Of a stretch of 64,000 bases of DNA, positions 51,392-61,816 are shown one piece after another (position 1 is the first letter of the stretch; every line of letters begins with the position of its first letter). This stretch comes from Escherichia coli (GTDB lineage Bacteria; Pseudomonadota; Gammaproteobacteria; Enterobacterales; Enterobacteriaceae), in NCBI RefSeq assembly GCF_001677475.2, contig NZ_CP015229.1; one strand, written 5' to 3'. Both the position numbers and the translations under genes were made by a program. The notes beneath the pieces are model-generated. The model was given only the letters and a program-made list of their open reading frames with translations, did no database searches and was not told the origin of the DNA.

Positions 51392-52444
51392 ATGAATCTG
51401 GTGATGTCAGATATTACCCGCAACAAGCTGGGTTGCTATATGGCGCAGCAGGCGTCGCTTAACAATATCCCGGTATCTGCACTGGTATCGCGATTTACCG
51501 TAGAACCCTCGGTGCAGCAGCGTTTTGAAAACGCAGTAAAGGAGAGCACTGAATTTACAAAAAAAATTAACGTGTTCGGTGTGACCGACCAGAAAGGCGA
51601 AAAAATCCTCCTGGACACCACCGGGCCGATTGCGCGCACGAATACCAGTTATGACGGCACAAAACGCCGTAACCCGAATAACGTGGTTGATCTGAAAAAC
51701 CGCAAATATCAGTGCGAACAGGTGAACTACGACACGTTTATTTCGTATCCGAAGCTTGATGCCTGGGCGGCACACCCTGATTTTCAGTCACGCGTCAGCA
51801 CACGGATTGCCCGGCAGGTGGCGCTTGACCGCATCATGATCGGTTTCAACGGCACGTCTCACGCAGATGAGTCCAACTTCAGCACCAACAATCTGCTTCA
51901 GGACGTTAACGTGGGATGGCTGGAGCACATCAGAACCGACGCCAGCGAGCGCGTAATGAATGACGTGACGCTGACCTCCCGCAACATGGACAACACTGTG
52001 GCGCACGCGGGTAAGTATGCGAACGCTGATGCACTGGTACAGGACGCGCGCTCATCCCTGCTGGATGAATGGCACAAGGAAGCTGACGACCTCGTGGTGA
52101 TTATGGGGCGCAACCTGTTTAACTCGCTGCGTCTGCCCGTACTGAACAGCATCAGCGGCCAGAATCCCAATGCGGAATTACTTGCCGGACAGCTCATCCT
52201 GTCATCGCGCGCCATTGGCGGGCTGGATGTATTCCTTGCGCCGTTCTTCCCGGATGCAACGATGCTGATCACCTCGTTCAACAACCTGTCGATTTACTGG
52301 CAGAAAGGAACAATGCGTCGCCTGATGAAAGACGAGCCGGAATACAACCGCATCGCCACCTACCAGTCCATCAATGACGCTTATGTCGTTGAAGACTATG
52401 GCAAGTGCGCGATGGTCACTGGCCTGAAGTTCGCCGACAGCTAA
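51392..52444 (+). CDS. major capsid protein, P2 gpN-like
   Basis: 350-aa ORF with GGAG RBS; motifs FTVEPSV, YQCEQVNYD, IMIGFNG, DATMLIT, VVEDYG resemble P2 N. Confidence 0.85.
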   Translation: MNLVMSDITRNKLGCYMAQQASLNNIPVSALVSRFTVEPSVQQRFENAVKESTEFTKKINVFGVTDQKGEKILLDTTGPIARTNTSYDGTKRRNPNNVVDLKNRKYQCEQVNYDTFISYPKLDAWAAHPDFQSRVSTRIARQVALDRIMIGFNGTSHADESNFSTNNLLQDVNVGWLEHIRTDASERVMNDVTLTSRNMDNTVAHAGKYANADALVQDARSSLLDEWHKEADDLVVIMGRNLFNSLRLPVLNSISGQNPNAELLAGQLILSSRAIGGLDVFLAPFFPDATMLITSFNNLSIYWQKGTMRRLMKDEPEYNRIATYQSINDAYVVEDYGKCAMVTGLKFADS

Positions 52445-52489
52445 TCAACTCACGGCGGGCATCATACCCGCCTGTAACGGAGAGAAAAA

Positions 52490-53290
52490 ATGATTACTCC
52501 TGCACAGCAACACTGGCAGAACGTGATGGCACAGCGCGCAGGCCGGGCGAATGAAGGCGTGGACCACGCCGCGCGTACCGCGCATGAAGAGGTGCTGTAT
52601 CGTCTGCGTCTGGCACAGGCCCGGCTTAAGGGCGTACAGGCCAGAAGCGCGAAAGCCGCCATCAAAAAAGAGTTGTTGCCGGATTTTTCCGGCTGGATTG
52701 AGGGAACGCTGGAGGCTGACGGCGGGCAGCAGGATGAAGTGATTGCCACGCTGATGGTGTGGGCGATTGACTGCGGCGATCTTCCGCTGGCGTTGCGTAT
52801 TGGTGCGTATGTGGTCCGTCATAACCTCATTATGCCGGATAACTTTGGCCGTACTGCTGCCACGGTACTGACCGAAGAAATCTGCAACCCGGTACTGACG
52901 CAGGCCGGGACGGATGCCGACGCGGATTTATCCGCCTTTATCGAACCACTGGATACCCTCCGGGAGATTGTCACCGACCAGGACATGCCGGACGAAGTGC
53001 GCGCCAAATTATGCAAGGCGTGCGCCTTTGCCCGTCGTGGTCTGAGTGATGCGGACAGCATGGCCCTGTCACTGAAGCTGCTGCGCGAAGCAATGCACCT
53101 GAACCCGAACGCAGGTGTGAAACGCGAGATTGCAACCCTTTCCCGCGCCCTGAAAAAAGCCGATTCCGCAGCCGCACCAGAAGACGCCAGCGCACAGCAA
53201 ACGCAGGACGAAAGCAGCAAAAGTAAAAAGACAACGCGGAAGCCTGCAACACGAAAAACCACCGCGACGCAGAAGGCGAAGCGCGGTTAA
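52490..53290 (+). CDS. terminase small subunit, P2 gpM-like
   Basis: 266-aa ORF after capsid gene; acidic/basic C-terminus; position. Confidence 0.6.
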   Translation: MITPAQQHWQNVMAQRAGRANEGVDHAARTAHEEVLYRLRLAQARLKGVQARSAKAAIKKELLPDFSGWIEGTLEADGGQQDEVIATLMVWAIDCGDLPLALRIGAYVVRHNLIMPDNFGRTAATVLTEEICNPVLTQAGTDADADLSAFIEPLDTLREIVTDQDMPDEVRAKLCKACAFARRGLSDADSMALSLKLLREAMHLNPNAGVKREIATLSRALKKADSAAAPEDASAQQTQDESSKSKKTTRKPATRKTTATQKAKRG

Positions 53291-53383
53291 CGACTGACCC
53301 CGTCAGCGGGCGGCGTGCGCGGTGTTCCGGTTTGACTCCGTGACCGTTTACACCGCGCACCCACCGCCCGATTTTTTTCAGGA

Positions 53384-53887
53384 GTGAACCCCATGAGTAT
53401 GGTTGCCAGAAATGAACCCAGACCCGCAGAGGACGACATCACCGATACCGATGATGGCGATACCCGCATTTCAGCGGGTGCATTCTGGCCGGATATTGTG
53501 CTGCGCGAGCTGCGTCTGGCGGTACGACTGCCGGGCCGCGTGACTACCTCCCGCCTGCTGCATACTGCCACCGGGGCTGTGGCACACGTTACCCGCGAGC
53601 TGGAAGCATGGCAGCAGGAACAGCAGGCAGCTGGCCATCAGACGCTGGCCGATGTTCCGGCACCCGTAATTAACGGAGAAAGCGTCAATCTCTGGCACTG
53701 GCGCAATGCTGTTTATACCGCCACGCGCGCCCTGATTCTGGAGCGTTATCGTGATGCAGACACAACGGACAAGGGCGACCGCCGGGCGGACGCACTGGAT
53801 ATACAGACATCGGATTTGTGGCGTGATGTGAGCTGGGCCATCTCTGACATTCTGTGCCGCCCACGAATCTTTGCGGAGTTGTGCTGA
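53384..53887 (+). CDS. head completion/stabilisation protein, P2 gpL-like
   Basis: 167-aa ORF; position after M. Confidence 0.55.
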   Translation: MNPMSMVARNEPRPAEDDITDTDDGDTRISAGAFWPDIVLRELRLAVRLPGRVTTSRLLHTATGAVAHVTRELEAWQQEQQAAGHQTLADVPAPVINGESVNLWHWRNAVYTATRALILERYRDADTTDKGDRRADALDIQTSDLWRDVSWAISDILCRPRIFAELC

Positions 53888-54087
53888 TGAAAGTAAAGGC
53901 ACTGGAAGGCGACACCGTGGATTCGCTCTGTTTCCGGTACTACGGCACGACGCAGGGCGTCACCGAAAAGGTGCTGGATGCCAACCCCGGACTCTGTCAG
54001 CAGGTATTTCTGGACGCCGGGCAGGAAGTGGAGATGCCGGAGCCGGAGAAGAAGAAACGAGAAATGATTCAGTTGTGGGGGGAGTAG
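53884..54087 (+). CDS. tail protein X-like (LysM-like small protein)
   Basis: 67-aa ORF; position between L and holin as P2 X. Confidence 0.55.
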   Translation: MMKVKALEGDTVDSLCFRYYGTTQGVTEKVLDANPGLCQQVFLDAGQEVEMPEPEKKKREMIQLWGE

Positions 54088-54089
54088 CA

Positions 54090-54413
54090 GTGAGCACCAT
54101 TCAAACAGGGATCACAGAGCAGGTTATTGCGTGGCTCTTTGACCACCTGCCAACGGTGTATGCAGTAGGCGCGGCGGTCAGCATTTCCGCGCTGATGAGT
54201 CTTTATGACGGACGAACACTGGTTCAGACCGTAACGGGATCGCTGGCGTGCGGCGTTCTTGCCATGGCCGTGGCCGGGTCGTTGCGCTTCTTCGGGTTTC
54301 CTGAAGATGCCGTGACGTTTATCGGCGCATCAATCGGTTTTATGGGGGCAGAGAAAGCACGCGACAAGGTTATTGCGGCCTTTAATCGCAGGGTGAAGGA
54401 GAAGGACGAATGA
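54090..54413 (+). CDS. holin
   Basis: GTG start at 54090; about 107 aa with two hydrophobic helices and charged C-terminus; precedes endolysin. Confidence 0.55.
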   Translation: MSTIQTGITEQVIAWLFDHLPTVYAVGAAVSISALMSLYDGRTLVQTVTGSLACGVLAMAVAGSLRFFGFPEDAVTFIGASIGFMGAEKARDKVIAAFNRRVKEKDE

Positions 54414-54802
54414 GCAACACATTTAAATTCAGCAGCCGGAGCGAAATGAATTTGCAGGGCGTAAATCCTGATCTGGTGAAAGTGACCCGACGGGCACTGG
54501 AAATCTCGGAAGTGGATTTTGGTATCACCGAAGGGTTGCGCAGCCGTTACCGCCAGAAGCAACTTGTGGCCACAGGTAAGAGCCAGACCATGAACAGCCG
54601 CCACCTTACGGGGCATGCCGTGGATGTTGTGGCTTATATCGGCAGCCAGGTGTCATGGGAATGGCCGCTGTACGAAAAAATCGCAGCAGCATTCAGACAG
54701 GCCAGCCGGGAACTGAATATTCCGGTGGAATGGGGCGGCGACTGGAAGACCCTGAAAGACGGACCGCATTTTCAGTTACCACACGGAGCCTATCCGGCAT
54801 GA
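54410..54802 (+). CDS. endolysin, peptidase M15 (L-alanyl-D-glutamate endopeptidase type)
   Basis: 130-aa ORF; SRHLTGHAVDV-like zinc-binding region typical of VanY/M15 peptidases; lysis-cassette position. Confidence 0.65.
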   Translation: MSNTFKFSSRSEMNLQGVNPDLVKVTRRALEISEVDFGITEGLRSRYRQKQLVATGKSQTMNSRHLTGHAVDVVAYIGSQVSWEWPLYEKIAAAFRQASRELNIPVEWGGDWKTLKDGPHFQLPHGAYPA

Positions 54803-55206
54803 AGCTCTGGCCCACGCTGGGTGTCGCTTTCCTTCTGATTGCCGCATGGGGAACATCCATGCGTCTGTCGTGGTCGCTGGGCCGGGAGAACGCCAGAAAC
54901 GAAGCGCAGGCCAGCACCCTGAAAAGTACCGCCGACACCCTGAATATCATCAGCGCCGGGGTACAGGATATGCAGCAGGTGCTGGCGCAACTCCGCGTGG
55001 AAAATCAGCAACGCAATCAGGACGGAGAGGTAAGACGTGAACAGCTACGCAACGATATTGCAAAAGATGAATGCGCCCACGCTTTGCCTGACGCTCGTTT
55101 TACTGACAGGCTGCGCAGGCACGCAGAACGCGCCACTGCCAGCGCCGTCAGTCCGGCTTATACCGCAGACGCTGACCATACCGGTAACGCCTCCCCCCTT
55201 CCCTGA
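54799..55206 (+). CDS. spanin inner-membrane subunit (LysB/Rz-like)
   Basis: ORF 54655..55206 with start at MKLWPTLGVAFLLIAAWG (N-terminal TM) overlapping endolysin stop; coiled-coil body. Confidence 0.5.
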   Translation: MKLWPTLGVAFLLIAAWGTSMRLSWSLGRENARNEAQASTLKSTADTLNIISAGVQDMQQVLAQLRVENQQRNQDGEVRREQLRNDIAKDECAHALPDARFTDRLRRHAERATASAVSPAYTADADHTGNASPLP

Positions 55207-55357
55207 TACTCCCACATGGGGAAATCTCGGTATATGGGGCGACCGCCTTCTGGATGCACTGGAAACCTGTAACGCGGATAAACGGGCCATTGAATTACTG
55301 GAACAGCGCAGGCTGCAACGACTGAACAACGAGGACAACAACCATGCTGAAAACTGA
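55067..55357 (+). CDS. spanin outer-membrane lipoprotein subunit (LysC/Rz1-like)
   Basis: ORF 55037..55357; MNAPTLCLTLVLLTGC signal with lipobox Cys; Pro-rich; overlaps LysB 3' end in another frame. Confidence 0.55.
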   Translation: MNAPTLCLTLVLLTGCAGTQNAPLPAPSVRLIPQTLTIPVTPPPFPDTPTWGNLGIWGDRLLDALETCNADKRAIELLEQRRLQRLNNEDNNHAEN

Positions 55358-55811
55358 TTCCCTGCGTGAAGCCATGACCCGTTCATGCCGATGGTGTCAG
55401 GCCAACCCGGAAAAATTCACCATTTTCGTGGAGAGCGGCAACATTGAAACGACAGGAGAAACCCCATCGTTTGTTTACCGCTATCAGATGGTGATGTTTG
55501 TCATGGATTACGCCGGGGAGCTGGACGACCTCACGCTGCCGCTGCTGGCGTGGTTATCCGAAAATCAGCCACAGTTGTTGCTCAACCCGGAGCGTAATCA
55601 GGACATCAAATTCTCCGCCGTTATCAATGACGATGACAGCGCCGATCTCCTGTTTACGCTCCCCCTGCGGGAACGCGTTCGCATCACGCGCAGCAGTCAG
55701 GGCACACCGCAGGCAGAACACCTGCCGGAGCCAAAACCACGCCTGCCATCTTCCGAAGGCGACTGGTCGCATGTATTCCGGGATGTGACGTGGGGTGAAA
55801 GCGATGGATAA
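55344..55811 (+). CDS. tail completion protein, P2 gpR-like
   Basis: 155-aa ORF; position and size as P2 R. Confidence 0.55.
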   Translation: MLKTDSLREAMTRSCRWCQANPEKFTIFVESGNIETTGETPSFVYRYQMVMFVMDYAGELDDLTLPLLAWLSENQPQLLLNPERNQDIKFSAVINDDDSADLLFTLPLRERVRITRSSQGTPQAEHLPEPKPRLPSSEGDWSHVFRDVTWGESDG

Positions 55812-56439
55812 GGCATTCACCCGCGTGGATGAAACCTTTGAGGCCATCCGCGACAGCCTGAATCAGCAGGCCATCAATAACATCGCCAGAAAGCTGGCAC
55901 AGGATTTACGCCGCGCCCAGCAGGCGCGTATCCGGTCACAGAAAGCGCCGGACGGGACCGCGTGGACACCACGCAGACGCCGCGTAACCCGGATACAGGA
56001 ACGCATTCGCTTTATCTGGAATAACGAAGCACGCACGCTGAAAAACTGGCATCACGACACGGGGAAATACGGGCGAACCATTACCGGGTGGGATGAGGAT
56101 AAAAACAATATCCGCACGTTTTACCGGGATGACATCGACCGTTTTCTGGAAATACGCACCCGGCGCATCAACCAGGACAGCACAAAGCGCGTCCCCATGT
56201 TCGTAAAACTGCGCACCGCCCGCTACCTGAAAGCCCGTGCAGATGCTTCCGGTGTGACGGTGGGTTACAGCGGCGTGGCTGCACGTATTGCACGCGTTCA
56301 TCAGTTTGGTGAGCGCGATCAGGTTGCGCCGGGCATTTTCACCGATTACCCGGTACGTGAGCTGTTGGGCATCAGTCAGGCAGATGAACGCCTGATTTAT
56401 AACACGGTGCTGGGCCGGATTGCGGAGGCTGTACGGTGA
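55795..56439 (+). CDS. virion morphogenesis/tail completion protein, gpS-like
   Basis: 214-aa ORF; position after R. Confidence 0.5.
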   Translation: MKAMDKAFTRVDETFEAIRDSLNQQAINNIARKLAQDLRRAQQARIRSQKAPDGTAWTPRRRRVTRIQERIRFIWNNEARTLKNWHHDTGKYGRTITGWDEDKNNIRTFYRDDIDRFLEIRTRRINQDSTKRVPMFVKLRTARYLKARADASGVTVGYSGVAARIARVHQFGERDQVAPGIFTDYPVRELLGISQADERLIYNTVLGRIAEAVR

Positions 56440-57017
56440 GCGCAGAACTCATGCGGCTGCTGAGCAACATCATCCGCACCGGGATCATCTCTGAAGTTGA
56501 TGAGGAATCCTGGTGCGTGCGCGTTCGCAGCGGCGAACTGGAAACAGGCTGGCTGCGCTGGAACACCACTCGCGCGGGAGCCTTCAATGTGTGGCTGCCG
56601 CCATCACCAGGCGAACAGGTGGTAATTGCCTGCATCGGCGGCAACCCGGAAACCGCCATGATAATTGGCAGCCTGTGGAGTGATGCCAGTCCGGCCCCCG
56701 GCAAAAGCCTGAAAGAAATCGTGATCAGCGCGCCGGACGGCGCGGTGTTCCGCTACGACGCGGACGCTGGCGCACTGAGCGCCAGCGGCATGAAAACGGC
56801 CACTTTACAGGCATCCGTCAGCGTGACACTGGATACGCCCGTCGTGGAATGCACAAACCTTCTGAGAACGGCGACGCTTGACGTCACAAAAGGAGGAAAG
56901 ATGAGCGGCAATATCACGCACAGCGGCGGCAACTTCACCTCAAACGGCATTACCGTGCATACGCATAAACACGGTGGCGTGAAAGGCGGCAGCGATTCGA
57001 CAGGAGGCCCGCAGTGA
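56436..57017 (+). CDS. baseplate spike/assembly protein, P2 gpV-like
   Basis: 193-aa ORF; Gly-rich C-terminus; position. Confidence 0.7.
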   Translation: MSAELMRLLSNIIRTGIISEVDEESWCVRVRSGELETGWLRWNTTRAGAFNVWLPPSPGEQVVIACIGGNPETAMIIGSLWSDASPAPGKSLKEIVISAPDGAVFRYDADAGALSASGMKTATLQASVSVTLDTPVVECTNLLRTATLDVTKGGKMSGNITHSGGNFTSNGITVHTHKHGGVKGGSDSTGGPQ

Positions 57018-57364
57018 CAACCCGCTACACAGGAATGAACCCGGACGGAACGGGAAACCTGAACGATATGGAGCACCTGAAACAGTCAGTCAGGGACATC
57101 CTGACCACCCCGCTGGCAAGCCGGGTTATGCGACGGGAATATGGCAGCCTTGTGCCTGATTTGATTGACGAACCCATGAATAACACCACGCGTCTGCAAT
57201 GCATGAGTGCTGCCGTGATTGCACTGACACGATGGGAACCCCGCATTGCCCTGGACGCCATCGACGTTGTCTGGAAGGCAGGAGGCCGCGCCGGGGTGAC
57301 GCTGTCGGGCACTGTCATGCAGACCATGCAGAATGTTGAATTAACCATCACGCTGAGGGAGTAA
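57014..57364 (+). CDS. baseplate wedge protein, P2 gpW-like (GPW/gp25 family)
   Basis: 116-aa ORF; position and size. Confidence 0.65.
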   Translation: MTTRYTGMNPDGTGNLNDMEHLKQSVRDILTTPLASRVMRREYGSLVPDLIDEPMNNTTRLQCMSAAVIALTRWEPRIALDAIDVVWKAGGRAGVTLSGTVMQTMQNVELTITLRE

Positions 57365-57367
57365 ATC

Positions 57368-58264
57368 ATGCCTGCCGTTGACCTTTCACAGTTACCGGAA
57401 CCCGCCATCATCGCGGAGCCTGACTTTGAGGCAATTCTGGCTGACACAAAGGCCATGATGATTGCGTCCTATCCCGCCGAACAGCGTGAAGCCGTCTCCG
57501 CCGCGCTGGAGCTGGAATCGGAACCCCTGAACGTTATCGCCCAGACAACAGCGTTTCGTGAAATGCTGTTACGCCAGCGGGTCAATGAGGGGGCACGCGC
57601 CTGCATGTTAAGCCACAGCGCCGGGACAGACCTGGACAACCTCGCGGGCAATATGAACACAAAGCGCCTGACCATCACTCCGGCAACGGATACCACCGAC
57701 GCGGTGATGGAGAGCGACACCTCGCTGAGACTGCGGGCGCAGCGGGCGTATGACGGCCTGAGTGTTGCAGGCCCGTCAGGCGCATACGAGTATTTTGCAC
57801 GCAGCGCCAGCGGTCTGGTGCGTGATGCGCGGGCCATCAGCCCGTCTCCGGCCTGTGTGACGGTTTCCATTCTGTCCACTGAAGGCGACGGCACAGCAAC
57901 GGAGGCGTTGCTTAATACCGTTCGCGCCGTTCTGAATGCAGAGGATACCCGCCCGGTGGCCGACCGCCTTACTGTACAGAGCGCCAGAATCGTGACATGG
58001 CGGCTGAATGCAAAACTGTACTTTTACCCCGGCCCGGAATCCGAACCTATTCTGGCCGCGGCGGAATCGTCATTCAGGAAGTGGCTGGCTGAACAGGGGC
58101 TTATCGGTCAGGACGTGGCGTTGTCCGCCATTGCTGCCGCACTGCATGTGCACGGTGTGCAACGCGTGGAGATAATCGAACCCACACAGAATATGGCCAT
58201 CAGCGACATACAGGCGGCGCGCTGTGAGTCATTCACCATCAGCGAAGGTGGACGCAATGAGTAA
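57368..58264 (+). CDS. baseplate protein, P2 gpJ-like
   Basis: 298-aa ORF; position and size. Confidence 0.7.
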   Translation: MPAVDLSQLPEPAIIAEPDFEAILADTKAMMIASYPAEQREAVSAALELESEPLNVIAQTTAFREMLLRQRVNEGARACMLSHSAGTDLDNLAGNMNTKRLTITPATDTTDAVMESDTSLRLRAQRAYDGLSVAGPSGAYEYFARSASGLVRDARAISPSPACVTVSILSTEGDGTATEALLNTVRAVLNAEDTRPVADRLTVQSARIVTWRLNAKLYFYPGPESEPILAAAESSFRKWLAEQGLIGQDVALSAIAAALHVHGVQRVEIIEPTQNMAISDIQAARCESFTISEGGRNE

Positions 58265-58865
58265 TTCGTTGTTACCACCATCAGCCAGCAATTTCATGCG
58301 TTGTGCCGAAGCCGTCGGAACACGCATTACAGACATTCCGGTAGACCTCAACACGCTGTGGTCGCCGGACACCTGCCCGGTGCATCTGCTGCCTTATCTC
58401 GCCTGGGCGTTTTCCGTTGACCGCTGGGATCGCAACTGGCCGGAAGAGACAAAGCGACAGGTGATTCGTGATGCATGGCTGATACACCGACACAAAGGGA
58501 CCATCAGCGCACTGCGAAGAGCCGTGGAGCCTCTCGGCTACCTGATTGAAGTAAAGGAGTGGTGGCAACTCAACGAGGAGCCGGGAACATTTCGCATTGT
58601 TGTCGGAGTACTTGATCAGGGCATCACCGATGAAATGTATCAGGAACTTGAGCGCCTTATTGCGGATGCAAAACCAGTAAGTCGCCATCTGACGGGGCTG
58701 GCGATCAGCCTGAGTGTGAACGGAAAGATTTTCGTTGGTACGGGATGCTATCACGGCGATGCCCTGACGGTTTATCCCTACACCCCGGAGTCCATTATTG
58801 TCGAAGGGGATTATTTCCCTGCCCCGGCCATTCATTTAATTGATAATCTGAGAGTAAACGCATGA
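58257..58865 (+). CDS. baseplate protein, P2 gpI-like
   Basis: ORF 58224..58865 with start at [11 protein letters not shown]; position. Confidence 0.6.
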   Translation: MSNSLLPPSASNFMRCAEAVGTRITDIPVDLNTLWSPDTCPVHLLPYLAWAFSVDRWDRNWPEETKRQVIRDAWLIHRHKGTISALRRAVEPLGYLIEVKEWWQLNEEPGTFRIVVGVLDQGITDEMYQELERLIADAKPVSRHLTGLAISLSVNGKIFVGTGCYHGDALTVYPYTPESIIVEGDYFPAPAIHLIDNLRVNA

Positions 58866-60346
58866 CAGTGAAATACTACGCCATTCTGACTAATCAGGGC
58901 GCGGCACGACTGGCTAACGCGACGATGCTCGGCAGTAAGCTGAATCTGACGCAAATGGCCGTTGGTGATGCAAATGGTGTGTTACCAACACCAGACCCTG
59001 CACAAACAAAACTGATTAACCAGAAACGCATTGCACCGCTGAATCTTCTGAGTATTGACCCGAACAACCAGAACCAGATTATCGCGGAGCAAATCATCCC
59101 TGAGAACGAGGGCGGATTCTGGATCCGTGAGATTGGTCTTTATGATGATGAAGGCGTACTCATTGCGGTGGCAAACTGCCCGGAAACGTACAAACCGCAG
59201 TTGCAGGAAGGCAGTGGACGCACCCAGACTATCCGCATGATTCTGGTTGTCACGAACACCGAAGCCATCACGCTGAAAATCGACCCGTCTGTGGTTCTGG
59301 CAACCCGCAAATATGTGGATGACAAAATCTCAGAGCACGAGCAGTCACGACGTCACCCGGACGCCTCGCTGACTGTAAAAGGTTTTACTCAGTTAAGCAG
59401 CGCAATTAACAGTGAATCAGAAACACTGGCCGCAACACCGAAAGCGGTTAAGGCTGCATATGACCTGGCTAACGGGAAATATACCGCCCAGAACGCCACC
59501 ACAACACAAAAAGGGATTGTTCAGCTCAGTAGCGCCACAAACAGCACGTCTGAAACGCTGGCAGCGACACCAAAAGCTGTTAAGGCGGTAATGGATGAAA
59601 CGAGCAAGAAAGCACCATTAAACAGCCCGGCACTGACCGGAACGCCAACAACACCAACAGCGCCACAGGGGACTAATAGTACCCAGATCGCAAGCACGGC
59701 TTTCGTTATGGCCGCGATTGCCGCACTTGTAGATTCGTCACCTGATGCACTGAACACGCTGAACGAACTGGCTGCGGCGCTGGGCAATGACCCGAATTTT
59801 GCGACCACCATGACTAACGCGCTTGCGGGTAAGCAACCGAAGGATGCCACCCTGACGGCGCTGGCGGAGCTTGCTACATCAGCAGATAAACTCCCATATT
59901 TTACAGGGGCAGATCGTGCCGCGTTAACCGCGTTGACAAGTGTTGGACGTGCCATTCTTGGTAAAACCAGCACTCAGGGAGTTCTTGATTACCTTGGTTT
60001 GGGAGAAGCGGCTAAAAGGAATGTAGGGACAGGGGCGAATCAGATACCTGATATGGGTAGCTTCACGCTTTCTGTTTCAGGTACTGGATATCAAAAATTA
60101 CCATCAGGTTTTATTCTTCAGTGGGGATCAATCGGCGCACCAGGCATTGCACAGGATGTAGTAACCCATTTCCCGATTGCATTTCCAAACAGATGTCTGC
60201 GTGTTTTGGTCTCACAAGACTACACACCAGATAGCGGGGCTGTTGGTTATATTGCCTGTGCAGGTTTTAGTCCCGACCCGGTTAAATTTATATCCAGAGC
60301 CAGTACTCCTGGCCTCGGCGCTTCATTTTTAGCGTTAGGCTGTTAA
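58862..60346 (+). CDS. tail fibre protein, P2 gpH-like (constant N-part plus invertible C-terminal part)
   Basis: 494-aa ORF; internal [13 protein letters not shown] repeats typical of tail fibres; C-terminal ~115 aa lie inside invertible segment. Confidence 0.8.
   Translation: MTVKYYAILTNQGAARLANATMLGSKLNLTQMAVGDANGVLPTPDPAQTKLINQKRIAPLNLLSIDPNNQNQIIAEQIIPENEGGFWIREIGLYDDEGVLIAVANCPETYKPQLQEGSGRTQTIRMILVVTNTEAITLKIDPSVVLATRKYVDDKISEHEQSRRHPDASLTVKGFTQLSSAINSESETLAATPKAVKAAYDLANGKYTAQNATTTQKGIVQLSSATNSTSETLAATPKAVKAVMDETSKKAPLNSPALTGTPTTPTAPQGTNSTQIASTAFVMAAIAALVDSSPDALNTLNELAAALGNDPNFATTMTNALAGKQPKDATLTALAELATSADKLPYFTGADRAALTALTSVGRAILGKTSTQGVLDYLGLGEAAKRNVGTGANQIPDMGSFTLSVSGTGYQKLPSGFILQWGSIGAPGIAQDVVTHFPIAFPNRCLRVLVSQDYTPDSGAVGYIACAGFSPDPVKFISRASTPGLGASFLALGC
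59981..60006. promoter_or_regulatory. invertase crossover site (left), inside tail-fibre gene
   Basis: Reverse complement TTCTCCCAAACCAAGGTAATCAAGAA matches right site in first 14 positions; gix/hix-like architecture. Confidence 0.65.
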
Positions 60347-60367
60347 TTTAGCTATATGGAGTGAAAA

Positions 60368-60808
60368 ATGAATTACATATATTCCGCGACTACAAACTCT
60401 TTCTATCCGCTGGAGATGAAAGAGGATTACACTCAAGCTGACTCATGGCCAGATGATGCTGTTGAAGTTGATGAGCAAGTGTATATTGAGTTTTCCGGAT
60501 TACCGCCGAAAGGAAAAATCCGTATCGCTGGAGAAAATGGTTTTCCTGCATGGTCTGAAATTCCACCACCAACACATGAGGAACAAATTGCTGCAGCCGA
60601 ATTGGAGAAGCAGCAATTGATTAATCAGGCCAACGATTATATGAACAGTAAACAATGGCCTGGTAAAGCGGCTATTGGTCGTCTGAAAGGTGAGGAACTG
60701 GCGCAATATAATTTGTGGCTGGATTATCTGGACGCACTGGAACTGGTTGATACCTCCAGTGCTCCAGATATTGAATGGCCTACGCCTCCGGCAGTTCAGG
60801 CCAGATGA
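60368..60808 (+). CDS. tail fibre assembly protein (Tfa, gpG-like), currently expressed orientation
   Basis: 146-aa ORF; C-terminal motif LWLDYLDALELVDTSSAPDIEWP shared with inverted paralog. Confidence 0.7.
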   Translation: MNYIYSATTNSFYPLEMKEDYTQADSWPDDAVEVDEQVYIEFSGLPPKGKIRIAGENGFPAWSEIPPPTHEEQIAAAELEKQQLINQANDYMNSKQWPGKAAIGRLKGEELAQYNLWLDYLDALELVDTSSAPDIEWPTPPAVQAR

Positions 60809-61376
60809 CATCCGGCGCGGTGCTGGTATCTGTTGCCGTCACCGCGTCAATGTAATCCAGCACAGCGTTAAGTCTGGTTGTTTCTGCCTGCGTCAGTTTA
60901 CGTCCGGCCTGTAATTTCAGCTGAATCAGACTAATGGAAGCCATTGCTGCATCAATCAGTGACTGGCGCTGTGCTTCTGCCGTTTCTACTGCGGCACCGT
61001 GTTGTGCCTCAGTATCTGTCACCCATTTCTCACCATCCCATTTATCATATGGCGTTAACGGTGAAAGCGTGACATAACCGTTTTTGATGGCACCGATATA
61101 ATCCACTGTAACAGCAGCACCATTTTCGATTGAGTAAACAGTCTCATTGCGATGGTCTTCTTCATGGCTCCATCCCTTACCTGTAAATACTGCCACTCTT
61201 CCCGGAATGTTTTTGCCAGGGTCAATTCCAGTGGAACAGGCGGGCATACTTACGCCAGTATTAATATATTCATCAGACCAGCCCGTATACTCAGATGTTT
61301 CAGCATCATAATAAAAACAACGCATATCGCCCGGCACTGTAGCCAGTCCATTTTCATCAAAAATTGGGGTCATCAT
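60780..61376 (-). CDS. alternative tail fibre assembly protein (Tfa'), inverted orientation
   Basis: 198-aa ORF convergent with tfa; C-terminal motif LNAVLDYIDAVTATDTSTAPDVIWP. Confidence 0.65.
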   Translation of the reverse strand: MMTPIFDENGLATVPGDMRCFYYDAETSEYTGWSDEYINTGVSMPACSTGIDPGKNIPGRVAVFTGKGWSHEEDHRNETVYSIENGAAVTVDYIGAIKNGYVTLSPLTPYDKWDGEKWVTDTEAQHGAAVETAEAQRQSLIDAAMASISLIQLKLQAGRKLTQAETTRLNAVLDYIDAVTATDTSTAPDVIWPELPEA

Positions 61377-61816
61377 TTAGCCCTCACCAGAAAGTTAAAT
61401 GCAATATTTCGCGGTCTGACGGCAACAAAATTCACACCATCACCCACAGAGTTACTGGTGAAATTAAATCGTGAAAATCCTGGCTGATTTCCGGCGATAC
61501 CATCATGAAAATTAATTGCGTGGCCCGCACCATCGCCTATATTCCCGGCAAACTGAGAAAAGTTTGTAGCTGCCTGCCAGCTTAATAATTCGCGACCACC
61601 GTCTACACCTCGCCCGTCATCCCAGATACGAATGAAATCACCGCGGGCTTCAGGTAATACCAGCGAAGGAAACACTTTCGCCAGCACAGGGTAATCAGTG
61701 GCAGAAAATTTCGCCCCGTTGAACTTCAAAAACACCATACCGGACCAGCTGTCGATTACAGTATTTGGCATTGCCGCGGAGGGCCAGAAGAACGGAACGC
61801 CAATAGCTGGAGTACC
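61373..61816 (-). CDS. alternative tail-fibre C-terminal segment (promoterless; fused to H constant part after inversion)
   Basis: Open frame 61373..61870 on minus strand runs through right crossover site; encodes LGEG at the junction, matching LGLGE at the left site in H. Confidence 0.6.
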   Translation of the reverse strand, partial: GTPAIGVPFFWPSAAMPNTVIDSWSGMVFLKFNGAKFSATDYPVLAKVFPSLVLPEARGDFIRIWDDGRGVDGGRELLSWQAATNFSQFAGNIGDGAGHAINFHDGIAGNQPGFSRFNFTSNSVGDGVNFVAVRPRNIAFNFLVRAK

